Source of the DNA: a virus
Lineage: Duplodnaviria > Caudoviricetes
DNA length: 45,564 bases
IMG/VR virus record: IMGVR_UViG_3300043748_000006
Coordinates: 1 to 45,564 of that record
Reading direction: 5' to 3' (one strand)
The translations under genes and the position numbers were made by a program. The notes beneath the pieces are model-generated. The model made no database searches and was not told the DNA's origin. It saw only the letters and a program-made list of their open reading frames with translations. Below are positions 1-8,679 of the stretch, piece after piece. The first letter of the stretch is position 1. Each line of letters starts with the position of its first letter.

Positions 1-169
1 CTGGTTGTACATGTTCTTGAGACGTTCGAGCATCTTTTCGTTATCGGCTCGATCTGGATAAATGTTCATGCCGCACTGCTTTCAATCGAGCCCATGATGG
101 CCTGATACGTGTTGAAAGCTTCCGGCATTGAATCGAGCTCGGCGCCGACCTTCACCATCTTGGTTTCAT
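1..169. repeat. Terminal direct overlap with 45396-45564 (circular assembly junction)
   Basis: Identical to 45396-45564 except position 42 (T) vs 45437 (C); the ORF at 66-677 continues seamlessly into the ORF at 45264-45464 across the junction. Confidence 0.95.
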
Positions 170-677
170 CACCGAAATCAATACCTTCGAGACTGTCCAA
201 CAGCTTGTAAAACTCACGAACCTTGTCACGTGAGCTAATCGCAAACGCCGACATCGCGTCGTCATCGACCGGGATTTCCACTCGTGACGACTTGGCGAAA
301 AGCTTCCAGAGAATCAACTGACGAATCATCTTCCAAGCTTCAGCGTTAACGAAGTTGAAAGGACTCGTTTCGTTTCGAACTAGGTATTCAAGAACTTGCT
401 TCACACTCAAGTCCATGTCACCAAGTCGGACCGTGATACTTGTCGCGACAGGGGCATAGATCTTACCTGTCCGAGGCTTGTATCCAACTTCACTCAACTT
501 GCCGAGCCGGACTAGTCCGTTCAAAGCGCGTCGACTGGTCGGCTGATTCAAACCGGTAAGGTTACTCACGTCATTCACCGTGAGACCAAACACGTTCTCA
601 TCGGTGAACAAGTCCAACACACGAGTCAAGTTCTCATTAGAAGTGAGAACGTTAGACGTTTCGCTCATGGTTATCAT
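66..677 (-). CDS. Winged-helix DNA-binding protein (IclR/MarR-like N-terminal HTH)
   Basis: LTRVLDLFT...GLTVNDVSNLTGLNQPTSRRALNGLVRLGKL fits a wHTH pattern; start may be ATG 668. Confidence 0.65.
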   Translation of the reverse strand: MITMSETSNVLTSNENLTRVLDLFTDENVFGLTVNDVSNLTGLNQPTSRRALNGLVRLGKLSEVGYKPRTGKIYAPVATSITVRLGDMDLSVKQVLEYLVRNETSPFNFVNAEAWKMIRQLILWKLFAKSSRVEIPVDDDAMSAFAISSRDKVREFYKLLDSLEGIDFGDETKMVKVGAELDSMPEAFNTYQAIMGSIESSAA

Positions 678-761
678 CCTGTTGTTATCGACTCCGTTAC
701 GTCAGGTTAGTCGTTTGGTTCCGCGTATATCACTCAGGGTGACCGACTTGGTCACAGATGG

Positions 762-838
762 TGACCTGCCACCTTGACTGTCAAAGTGCAGTTTACACCC
801 TATCAATCCACTTTGCACTTTGACAAAACCGCAGGTCA
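762..838. repeat. Nested inverted repeats in a non-coding region
   Basis: TGACCTGC (762-769) / GCAGGTCA (831-838) enclosing TGTCAAAGTGCA (779-790) / TGCACTTTGACA (814-825). Confidence 0.7.
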
Positions 839-1072
839 GAGCGTTGTAAAAGTGGAAAACCTGGGGAGATAACCAATATAAGGACGAAGTCCGTTATTTG
901 TTATCCCCTCCAGAATGTCAGAGTGAAAAGAAAGACTGGCCCCGATGACCCTGTGTGCCCCTGTCGCGAGGACGATGGGCGTCAGGGATAGGCCTAGACG
1001 GGCCAGAATGGGGCATCTGACGGCCTGTCAGCCCGAGTGGCTCCATCACCCCACCTGTCGGGGCGCAGCATA

Positions 1073-1118
1073 AAGCGGCACACATTAACGCATTCGTTAA
1101 ACGTCATGTGTGCCGCTT
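1073..1118 (-). terminator. Stem-loop downstream of the small ORF 1143-1307
   Basis: AAGCGGCACACAT (1073-1085) / ATGTGTGCCGCTT (1106-1118). Confidence 0.55.
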
Positions 1119-1142
1119 AAACGTGATTTTCCACGCAGCTAA

Positions 1143-1307
1143 TCAAAAACCGATGAGCTTGTTGAGTCGATTGGCTTTCTTGTTCATACGCTTTCGTTGC
1201 TTCGGAGTCACCGACTTGTGAAGTCCGATCAGACTGGAGATGAGTTGAAGATGTTCCGTGTTGTTCTGCTTGCAGTAAACACGGTGACGGTGACTGAGAT
1301 TCATCAT
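1143..1307 (-). CDS. Small basic hypothetical protein (54 aa, below the ORF-track cutoff), paralog of 44901-45074
   Basis: Strong SD AAAGGAG; MMNLSHRHRVYCKQNNTEHLQLISSLIGLHKSVTPKQRKRMNKKANRLNKLIGF. Confidence 0.75.
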   Translation of the reverse strand: MMNLSHRHRVYCKQNNTEHLQLISSLIGLHKSVTPKQRKRMNKKANRLNKLIGF

Positions 1308-1359
1308 TGCTTACTCCTTTGATTGATCCCCTGTCGCGACTTAATCACGACAACAAGAA

Positions 1360-1387
1360 AGCCCACTTGAACTTAATCAAGTGGGCT
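1360..1387 (-). terminator. Intrinsic terminator after 1403-2299
   Basis: 11-bp stem AGCCCACTTGA/TCAAGTGGGCT, 6-nt loop, T-rich tail on the minus strand. Confidence 0.7.
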
Positions 1388-1402
1388 ATCAAGTTGCTGC
1401 GA

Positions 1403-2299
1403 TTACTTCACGAAGATCAGGTCCCACGACTTGGTCTCAATGACCTTACCGTCAGAGTTCTTGATCTCCTTGGTGAACGTGAACGGGTACTCGACACCAG
1501 CGGTGAGCTTGCTGAAGTCAGTCGTCCCACGAGAAGCGAGGAACTGAGTGGTGATCTCGGAAGAAGTAATCTTCACACCACGACCAGCGCGAGACGAGAG
1601 AGTGTTGGCAAGAGTAGTCGTGTTAACAACCTGAGTCTTCTTACCGTCCTTCTCAACCGCCTTGTAAATCTCCTCACGAACGGGAGTACCGTCCTCGTTC
1701 TTCTCATCCTTCTTCAGGATAATCATCTTCTTGTAAGAAGGCTTCTGTCCGGCAGCAACATCACCCGGACGACGCAGACCACGAGTAGTCTCAGCTTCGG
1801 GAAGAAGCTGAGACAGATCAGTACCTGCGAACTTCGAGAAGAACTCAAGCGCTTCCTTTGCCGCACGAATCTTCGCGACAGTGGTAGCCGTGTTGTCGTA
1901 AATCTTCTGAACATCCTCGACGGACGTAGCCTCGGGCTCGTACTTCTTGGCAACGTCCCAAGCCTTGCTCAGAAGCTTCTCGATCTCATCCTTCTTCTTC
2001 TCAATCTCGGCCTCAATCTTCTTGATTTCGAGACCAACCTTCTCAAGGAACTTGTCGTTCCCCGGGTTACGCTCAATGATCTCGCTGATAACAAGCTTCT
2101 CGTCCTTTGCGTCAGCAGAGAAGTCACGAATCAGCTTGACATCAGCGTTGTGTCCGTCAATCAGCTCAGTGATCTCGACAACGGCCTTAAGCGCCATGCC
2201 GTCCAGCTTGGCAATTCCACTCGCACGCTCCTCGGCCGTGAGCACCTTCGACTCAGTCGAGTTGGTGTTGCTGGCCTCGGTGGTCTGCGTGTCGGTCAT
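1403..2299 (-). CDS. Hypothetical coiled-coil, Lys/Glu-rich protein (298 aa)
   Basis: SD GAAAGGA before ATG 2299 (MTDTQ...); codon usage typical of highly expressed genes; heptad-like KKIEAEIEKKKDEIEKLL. Confidence 0.8.
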   Translation of the reverse strand: MTDTQTTEASNTNSTESKVLTAEERASGIAKLDGMALKAVVEITELIDGHNADVKLIRDFSADAKDEKLVISEIIERNPGNDKFLEKVGLEIKKIEAEIEKKKDEIEKLLSKAWDVAKKYEPEATSVEDVQKIYDNTATTVAKIRAAKEALEFFSKFAGTDLSQLLPEAETTRGLRRPGDVAAGQKPSYKKMIILKKDEKNEDGTPVREEIYKAVEKDGKKTQVVNTTTLANTLSSRAGRGVKITSSEITTQFLASRGTTDFSKLTAGVEYPFTFTKEIKNSDGKVIETKSWDLIFVK

Positions 2300-2379
2300 G
2301 ATGGTGTGTCCTTTCGGTTCGATCCCTGTTGAGAACAGTCTACACCACATCAGCTAGATATGGGCGCAGCTATCCCCTG

Positions 2380-3143
2380 TCGCGGAAAGAATTTTACGTT
2401 CCGCTTCGAGTAGATCGACAGGCTTCGACACCTATCGATCCTGTACCAGCACGACCCTGATACTAGCGCAAGTTACCAGTTAGTACTATTAATCGTAGTG
2501 TTAGAACTTAATCAAGCTATCAACTACAGCAAGCGCCACTCAGTATTACAGCTACCGTCCCCGAGTACTCGACAGTCCCTGATTGCAGCTACCTAATAAC
2601 TGTCTGACTTACACCTATGTCTTTTCTCAGGACCACAGTTGTTACCTGACTAAGTTCTAACATCACGACTTCGAACCAATCAAACGATTACGTATCTAGC
2701 ATTACCGTAGTACCGTGCTCCGGGTTTCGAAATCTAATCTGACGATATGAGTGAGTTCCTTAACAACTTGGTTCCGACCCCAGCCGGAGTTGAGAAGTAC
2801 TAACACACAGGGAGGGTCAAGGTTCGACCTGTGAGCGTTGGCTTACGAATAACAGTGACCGTTAATCGTTGAGCAATGTAATCAGGGGGAGGATCTAGAC
2901 CGATCGACTCAACCCCTGTCGCGAAACCAGATAGTTCCGTTAGTTGCCCGAACCCTCGACCGGTTAATAGGAACCGGGATAGTTCGGCGCGCAAGACACA
3001 CTATGCAATTCTTAAGGAACGTCAGCTTCGTTCAATCTAATCAACGTCTCCGGTTACGCGCAGATGCGAATTGCTTCACATCCAAAACCGCCCGGTCCGC
3101 CTTTCGATCTCCCGTGCCTTTGTTTTGTTGTTTTCTTCTGACA
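2380..3143 (-). ncRNA. Candidate large structured RNA or 5' leader
   Basis: No credible ORF; hairpin 2413-2440, long helix closed by 2493-2516/2645-2668, hairpin 2948-2987, long-range pairs 2739-2763/3012-3025; mismatches in the first two become G-U pairs on the minus strand. Confidence 0.5.
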
Positions 3144-3149
3144 CCGAGA

Positions 3150-3179
3150 ACATTACGGCCTGTCTCGCGATGTTGTCAC
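3150..3179 (-). promoter_or_regulatory. Candidate sigma70-type leftward promoter
   Basis: GTGACA (3179-3174), 18-nt spacer, TAATGT (3155-3150). Confidence 0.4.
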
Positions 3180-3227
3180 GAATTTCCAGCCGCATTTTTC
3201 GTCCATGAATCGCTTTCTGACGTTTGA

Positions 3228-3256
3228 TTTACAAACACGTCAACCGAACCTAAACT
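3228..3256 (+). promoter_or_regulatory. Candidate sigma70-type promoter giving a leaderless mRNA at ATG 3263
   Basis: TTTACA, 17-nt spacer, TAAACT, then 6 nt to ATG; no SD. Confidence 0.55.
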
Positions 3257-3262
3257 GGATGC

Positions 3263-3757
3263 ATGCATAACCCGGTAACGTATGCACTCAACATCTCTGG
3301 TACCAAACCTATCGATCTGGCGAGAGAACTTGGTCTTTCACGTCAGTATATTTCTCGTGCTGAACTCGGTTGCTTCGTCAATCTGAACGACAAACTTTTG
3401 AAATGGGTTCAGAACGTTGTCAACCGTAACGGAGAGGCTTATGTCACTCACGACAAGATTCTCAACGCTTACGACATCTTCAAGCGAAGTAAGCGAATCA
3501 ACAATCTTCACCGGCTCGGCTGGGAGATAGTCACACATGACATGCCCCCTGTCGCGAGAATGGAGAAGACTCCCGATCGATACCGAACCGAATTCATCAC
3601 GTGGCGACAGCATCACTGGGGTACTTCGTATCGTTTCGCGAAGGACTTCTGTTTTCATCCCGGCTCGATCGATGATTACGAATCGGGGAAGGTCAACAAG
3701 ATTCCTAATGATCTGATGGCCGTACTCGTCTGGATCGAAAGGAACAACGTGGGATGA
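3263..3757 (+). CDS. XRE/Cro-like HTH protein with a possible second degenerate HTH
   Basis: DLARELGLSRQYISRAELG and RFAKDFCFHPGSIDDYESG. Confidence 0.7.
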   Translation: MHNPVTYALNISGTKPIDLARELGLSRQYISRAELGCFVNLNDKLLKWVQNVVNRNGEAYVTHDKILNAYDIFKRSKRINNLHRLGWEIVTHDMPPVARMEKTPDRYRTEFITWRQHHWGTSYRFAKDFCFHPGSIDDYESGKVNKIPNDLMAVLVWIERNNVG

Positions 3758-4455
3758 CATTCGCTAATGGTGATGGGGGAGTAGGTTCAAAGTATCTCAC
3801 CGATACGGAACGAGACCTGGTCTTGTTCATTGAAAAGTTCCATACGATGGCTGGAGTTCCTCCGGAAGAAGCAGCCATGTTGGACTACATGAAGTCTCTC
3901 GGTTATAACGTCACCCCTGTCGCGATACAGAAAATGCTCGACAATCCTCTCTTCAAGAAGAGTATGGATGCCCGAGGAATTCTTATCGGATCGGATTACA
4001 AACCGGGACATCTGACAGTTCGACAGATGGCTGCTGCCCAGGTGATGACTAATCCTTCCGATCGACGTTCGGAAGGTAAGCGACTTGCAGATCTAGGTAT
4101 CACGGTTGATGAGTGGAACGGTTGGCGACAGAACAAATCCTTCAATGACTTCCTCATCGGAAAAGTCGAAAGACTCTTGGCGGACAGTGTCCACGAAGCC
4201 CATTTGGGTCTCATCAAGGGTGTTCGGAATGGAAACGTTCCAGCTATCAAGCTGCTCTACGAAATCACGAACCGTTACAACCCTGATCAGGAGAATCAGG
4301 TAAACGTTCGTCTCCTTCTGGGAAAGTTCGTTGAAGTCATCCAGAAGTACGTGAAGGACCCGGAGATTCTCGGAAACATGGCACGAGAACTTCAACAAGT
4401 CGCTTATGAAGCGGCTCCGGCACCGAGTGTTGTCCGAGGACAACTTGAAAGGTAA
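3754..4455 (+). CDS. Putative terminase small subunit / HTH protein
   Basis: HTH-like LADLGITVDEWNGWRQNKSF followed by a helical AIKLLYEITNRY segment typical of TerS; upstream of TerL. Confidence 0.55.
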   Translation: MTFANGDGGVGSKYLTDTERDLVLFIEKFHTMAGVPPEEAAMLDYMKSLGYNVTPVAIQKMLDNPLFKKSMDARGILIGSDYKPGHLTVRQMAAAQVMTNPSDRRSEGKRLADLGITVDEWNGWRQNKSFNDFLIGKVERLLADSVHEAHLGLIKGVRNGNVPAIKLLYEITNRYNPDQENQVNVRLLLGKFVEVIQKYVKDPEILGNMARELQQVAYEAAPAPSVVRGQLER

Positions 4456-4458
4456 CCA

Positions 4459-4845
4459 ATGGAATTCAAAACCGTACTCCCACCGGCATTCGGGATTGAT
4501 TCGCCTCCGAAACCGTATCCGGAAGCTAAACCAGATCGAGACGGTAACTACACCCTCGATGATAAAGATTACTCATCTGGTGACTCCTTCGGACCTGACG
4601 AACTCGATGAGATCCATTCACGATCTGATGTCGACTCTGGGCCCTTTGCGCAACACCACACGATTGGACCCGGAGGGTATCAAGCCAGCCCCGGAAACCA
4701 CATACATGATGGAGTTCGTTCTAAGAAAATTGGGGACGGGCTCGGACTGACGATTAGCGGTAGTCGTGGTGGTAATGCTGCACTTGCAAGTTTGATCTCA
4801 GCTCTTAGTCAGGTTGTCGCTTTCACGGATAACACGACTCCTTAA
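4459..4845 (+). CDS. Hypothetical virion-associated protein
   Basis: His-rich HSRSDVD...HHTIGPGGYQASPGNHIHDG motif; lies in the structural operon. Confidence 0.55.
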   Translation: MEFKTVLPPAFGIDSPPKPYPEAKPDRDGNYTLDDKDYSSGDSFGPDELDEIHSRSDVDSGPFAQHHTIGPGGYQASPGNHIHDGVRSKKIGDGLGLTISGSRGGNAALASLISALSQVVAFTDNTTP

Positions 4846-4865
4846 CCCCTGTCGCGGAGAAACTT

Positions 4866-5537
4866 ATGGGTTCGTCTACGAACGGTATGTTCAACCTTTT
4901 TAAACCAGACCTAACCGATCTGGTTGATCCGCTTCTTGATATGGGAAACAATCTCAACATTATCGATCAGCGAATCTTCGGACTCACGCAGTACCGATTC
5001 AGTACTGATGATGCTCCCGATATGACGGGAATGGAGAACGGTTGGAAGGTTTACGATACTAAGTCGGGTCGAATCAAATATTACTACTACAACCCGCTGA
5101 GTGGTAACGGTCCACAGCTTCTCAACATTCCAAAAGTTAACAACACGTACCCGTGGAACACCATCTCGCTTATTAACGGATACGTTGCGGCTGCTAGCAA
5201 TAACGGACCCAACATTATTCTAGATGCACCGGCCTGGCGCTACATGGATGGTGATAATACCCGTATTCAGCTCAAGGGCCGTATGGTTAACACGGGTGGG
5301 ATCGTTAACAATACTTCGATTCAGATAGCCGCCGATGGATCTGTTCCCAACGCGGTAGGTAACAGGTATTTCAGTATCCAACCCGGAGTCGGAGATTCGA
5401 ATCCCGAAAGTAATTCGGCGGCTCGGATTCAAGTTTCCAACACAGGTGGAGTTTATATGGTTCACTACGGAACCAGTAACACCGGATCGGTAGAAAACTA
5501 CATCTGCCTCGACGGTGTTATCTACTCAACCGTTTAG
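4866..5537 (+). CDS. Short tail fibre / receptor-binding-like protein 1
   Basis: N-terminal KPD...NNLNIID attachment-like motif and beta-rich C-terminal domain (W..ISLINGY...IQLKG). Confidence 0.55.
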   Translation: MGSSTNGMFNLFKPDLTDLVDPLLDMGNNLNIIDQRIFGLTQYRFSTDDAPDMTGMENGWKVYDTKSGRIKYYYYNPLSGNGPQLLNIPKVNNTYPWNTISLINGYVAAASNNGPNIILDAPAWRYMDGDNTRIQLKGRMVNTGGIVNNTSIQIAADGSVPNAVGNRYFSIQPGVGDSNPESNSAARIQVSNTGGVYMVHYGTSNTGSVENYICLDGVIYSTV

Positions 5538-5555
5538 CCCTGTCTCGGAGTAAAC

Positions 5556-6167
5556 ATGCCATTTCCAGCCGGACTAGTCAGAGCACTAGCAACCGACTAC
5601 ATCAACGTCGTGACCCAGTTCAACAACAACTGGGACAAAATAGATACAGCTTTCACTTCCTTGTATGGGGGAGTGTCAGTCAGTCCTTCCGTTCTTAATC
5701 CCGCTCGTGGAACCGAGTGGATTAACAAGGACGGAAAACTTATGGTCTACAACGGAACCACATGGATCGAACCTCAATCAGAAGTTTGGGGACCATGGGT
5801 TAACGTTATTACATCTGCTCCATACGTAAGTGTTCCTGATAACGTTCTCCAGATCCGACAGAGTGATTGGAAGAACGTTGAATTGAGAGGAGCTGTTCAG
5901 CTTAATGCTACGGCTGATGCGTTTCCTGATGCAGGATATCTCCTTGCTTCGTCGGGACAGTTCAATTTGGCATCTGGTTACTGTCCGGAAATGACTACCA
6001 AAACGCCGGCCGCGATGAATCGTTCTGGAACTAGTTTTGCTACCGGATTCGTTTATGCCACGATCACGGGAACGGATTCAACTCTCGCTCTCTATTTTCT
6101 TCCTCAAGGAGTGAGATCTGCCGGAAACTCCATCAACTTCGACACTCTTCGATACAAGGGCTATTAA
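5556..6167 (+). CDS. Short tail fibre / receptor-binding-like protein 2
   Basis: N-terminal NNNWDKID, then WGPW and VELRGAV; paralogous to its neighbours. Confidence 0.55.
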   Translation: MPFPAGLVRALATDYINVVTQFNNNWDKIDTAFTSLYGGVSVSPSVLNPARGTEWINKDGKLMVYNGTTWIEPQSEVWGPWVNVITSAPYVSVPDNVLQIRQSDWKNVELRGAVQLNATADAFPDAGYLLASSGQFNLASGYCPEMTTKTPAAMNRSGTSFATGFVYATITGTDSTLALYFLPQGVRSAGNSINFDTLRYKGY

Positions 6168-6892
6168 TGGCTACACAGACTCCCAATCTGGGATTCAACG
6201 TTCCAGATGATGCTTCCGCCATGCCGGACGTAACAACTTACGTCAACTCGGCGTGGGATAAGATTGAACAGACGCTAGGTTCGGCGAAGGAAGTTTCGGC
6301 TGTTCCAGATCAGGATCTCACGTACAAGAAGGGAGATCGAATCTATGTCATTCCTGGTGGAGCTGATCCCACTGGTCTTTACGTATGTATCGGTTCGGAT
6401 TCTAATTGGGGGACTTTCTTCCGACCGATCACACCTGTTTGGGGACCCTGGCGACGACCGGGCCCGACACTAAACCCGAACGCAATTCTTACTGATCCGG
6501 TTAACTATCGCATCTCAGATACGAGTACTCCGTTTCAGATACGTATCAACAACAAGGGACGTGTTGAACTTCGGGGTAGTGTTTCACGTGTTTCGGGAAC
6601 GTGGCCTGATGTTTCGGTAACTGGTTACTACTTCACTCCGTTTATTAATCTTCCTGAGTTTCTTATGCCGGGAAGTTTCAGATCTAACGGACCGAATCAT
6701 GCTAGTGCTCCGCAGATCCAGACCGCTCCATATCCAACAAACTCGAACCAGACACAGTCGCAAACGTCTCAGTGTATTTACGATTTCAACCAGCGAAGGT
6801 TTGTTCTTAGAGTCTTCACTCATAGCATCGCGACGATCCAACGGGTATTCTTCTCAGGTGGGACTTACCATCTAGGAGATATGGATTTGTAA
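6167..6892 (+). CDS. Short tail fibre / receptor-binding-like protein 3
   Basis: MATQTPNLGFNVPD...NSAWDKIE, then WGPW and VELRGSV. Confidence 0.55.
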   Translation: MATQTPNLGFNVPDDASAMPDVTTYVNSAWDKIEQTLGSAKEVSAVPDQDLTYKKGDRIYVIPGGADPTGLYVCIGSDSNWGTFFRPITPVWGPWRRPGPTLNPNAILTDPVNYRISDTSTPFQIRINNKGRVELRGSVSRVSGTWPDVSVTGYYFTPFINLPEFLMPGSFRSNGPNHASAPQIQTAPYPTNSNQTQSQTSQCIYDFNQRRFVLRVFTHSIATIQRVFFSGGTYHLGDMDL

Positions 6893-8452
6893 ATGCCACC
6901 GAAGGAACGAAAGATAGCCACTCTCACGGATGCGTTTTCCGAACTTGGAACTACGCTTCAGAGGGTGGCTATTTCACCTAATATGAACTCTTACATTCCA
7001 CACAAGAAGCAGGTGATGTTTCACTCCGCGAGAGAACAGACTCGTCTTTACATCGGTGGTAACCGATCAGGTAAGACAACTGGTGGAATCCTTGAGGATT
7101 TGTGGTGGCTTACAGGTAAGCATCCATATGTAAACACCCCTAATCCCCTGTCGCGGCCGGTTATGGGTCGTCTTGTATCCGTCGACTTCATTAACGGTAT
7201 CAAGAAGATTATTATCCCTCAGCTTAAGCAGTGGCTTCCTCCGAGTGAGCTTCTTGGTGGAACTTGGTTCTCTGCTTATTCGGAGTCGGAACGTGTTCTA
7301 TCGTTGGAGAATGGTTCTCAACTTGAGTTGATGTCATACGACCAGGATCTCGATAAGTTCGCTGGTACTTCCCGTGACTTCATCCACTTTGATGAGGAAC
7401 CACCCGAGGATATTTACACCGAATGTTTGGCACGTCTGATTGACCGTAAGGGTCGTGCCTGGATCACGATGACTCCGGTTGAAGGTATGACGTGGATGTT
7501 CGACACCGTTTATGAACCAGGAACTCTAGGTAATCCTGACATCAAGGTTGTCGAAGTCGACATGCATGAAAACCCTCATCTTGATAAAGAAACGGTTGAT
7601 AAGTTCCTTAATTCGCTGAGCGCTGACGAACGAGAAGCTCGCGGTAAGGGTAAGTTCGTCCAGATGGGCGGTCTTGTTTACAAGAAGTTCCGAGTTGAAA
7701 CTCATGTGATCCCTCAAATTCCATTCGAGGAGTTCCTCGACAGGCGTAAGTACAAGATCTACATGAGTCTGGACCATGGACTCAACAATCCAACATCAGT
7801 TCACTGGCATGCAGTTGATAATGATGGAAACGTTATCACCTTTGATGAACACTATGAGGCTGGACGAATCATTGATTATCATGCTGCTGTCATCAACGGT
7901 CGTGACGGTTCTCATGGTCGGCTGCCGGATATTCGAATTGCTGATCCGGCACTCCAGCAAAGGAATGCTGTCACTGGGACCTCGATTCAAACTGAGTACG
8001 CTATTCGTGGTATCGGGTTGGCTATGGCTAACAACGATGTGCGTACTGGTATTGCTAAGGTTTCTCAATACATAGAACCACGTGAGGATGGAACGCCTTC
8101 GTGGAGGATTACTGAGAACTGCGGTAGTCTAATTCGAGAGATTCAGCGTTACCGCTGGAAGACGTGGGCGAACAAGAAACAGCAAAACAAGAACAACGCT
8201 TATGACGAACCGCATAAGAAGGACGACCATGCAATGGATGATTGCAGGTACTTCTTCACTCTTATGCCAGAGTTGAAGCATTCACCCCCTGTCGCGGTAG
8301 CTGAACTCACGAGACTTCAAAAGGCTATGGGATCTCAGGGTGGAACGAAGGGAATGGCTGATCCTTGGATCAGACTCGATCCTAACTTTGATCCTGCTAA
8401 GCCCAAGAAGACTAGTTGGGAAACCGTTCTAGATGATGGAGAACTCTGGTGA
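6893..8452 (+). CDS. terL: Terminase large subunit
   Basis: Walker A GGNRSGKT, Walker B IHFDEEP, TMTP coupling motif, nuclease LDHG and DDHAMDDCRY motifs. Confidence 0.93.
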   Translation: MPPKERKIATLTDAFSELGTTLQRVAISPNMNSYIPHKKQVMFHSAREQTRLYIGGNRSGKTTGGILEDLWWLTGKHPYVNTPNPLSRPVMGRLVSVDFINGIKKIIIPQLKQWLPPSELLGGTWFSAYSESERVLSLENGSQLELMSYDQDLDKFAGTSRDFIHFDEEPPEDIYTECLARLIDRKGRAWITMTPVEGMTWMFDTVYEPGTLGNPDIKVVEVDMHENPHLDKETVDKFLNSLSADEREARGKGKFVQMGGLVYKKFRVETHVIPQIPFEEFLDRRKYKIYMSLDHGLNNPTSVHWHAVDNDGNVITFDEHYEAGRIIDYHAAVINGRDGSHGRLPDIRIADPALQQRNAVTGTSIQTEYAIRGIGLAMANNDVRTGIAKVSQYIEPREDGTPSWRITENCGSLIREIQRYRWKTWANKKQQNKNNAYDEPHKKDDHAMDDCRYFFTLMPELKHSPPVAVAELTRLQKAMGSQGGTKGMADPWIRLDPNFDPAKPKKTSWETVLDDGELW

Positions 8453-8679
8453 CTGATCTCGACCACACCATCTTTGATAACCCGAACCTTGGTGTCAATA
8501 ACCACCTTCCTCTTCTTGGTGAGCTGGAGGATCAGGCTTTCGAGAACATGCAGGCCAATGCCGAGGGTCGTGAGCCTGAGAAGCTGAAGTTTGACCGTTT
8601 CAATGTTTATGGAAACGGTATGATTTCCGAAGTTGGTTATGAGGAGATCGATCCGCGACAGGGGGCTGATGTCGAGTGA
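8449..8679 (+). CDS. Hypothetical protein
   Basis: Acidic 76 aa ORF, translationally coupled (GTGA overlap). Confidence 0.7.
   Translation: MTDLDHTIFDNPNLGVNNHLPLLGELEDQAFENMQANAEGREPEKLKFDRFNVYGNGMISEVGYEEIDPRQGADVE

Noticed and set aside
1307-2332. 341-aa plus-strand ORF, and similar long antisense ORFs (13161-14357, 26491-27438, 38959-39993, 40108-40923)
   Set aside because: Shadow frames of well-supported opposite-strand genes; Leu/Arg/Ser-rich, with no SD or motifs
2800-3227. Short ORFs 2800-2994 (-) and 3003-3227 (+)
   Set aside because: No SD, atypical composition, and they overlap predicted RNA helices and promoters
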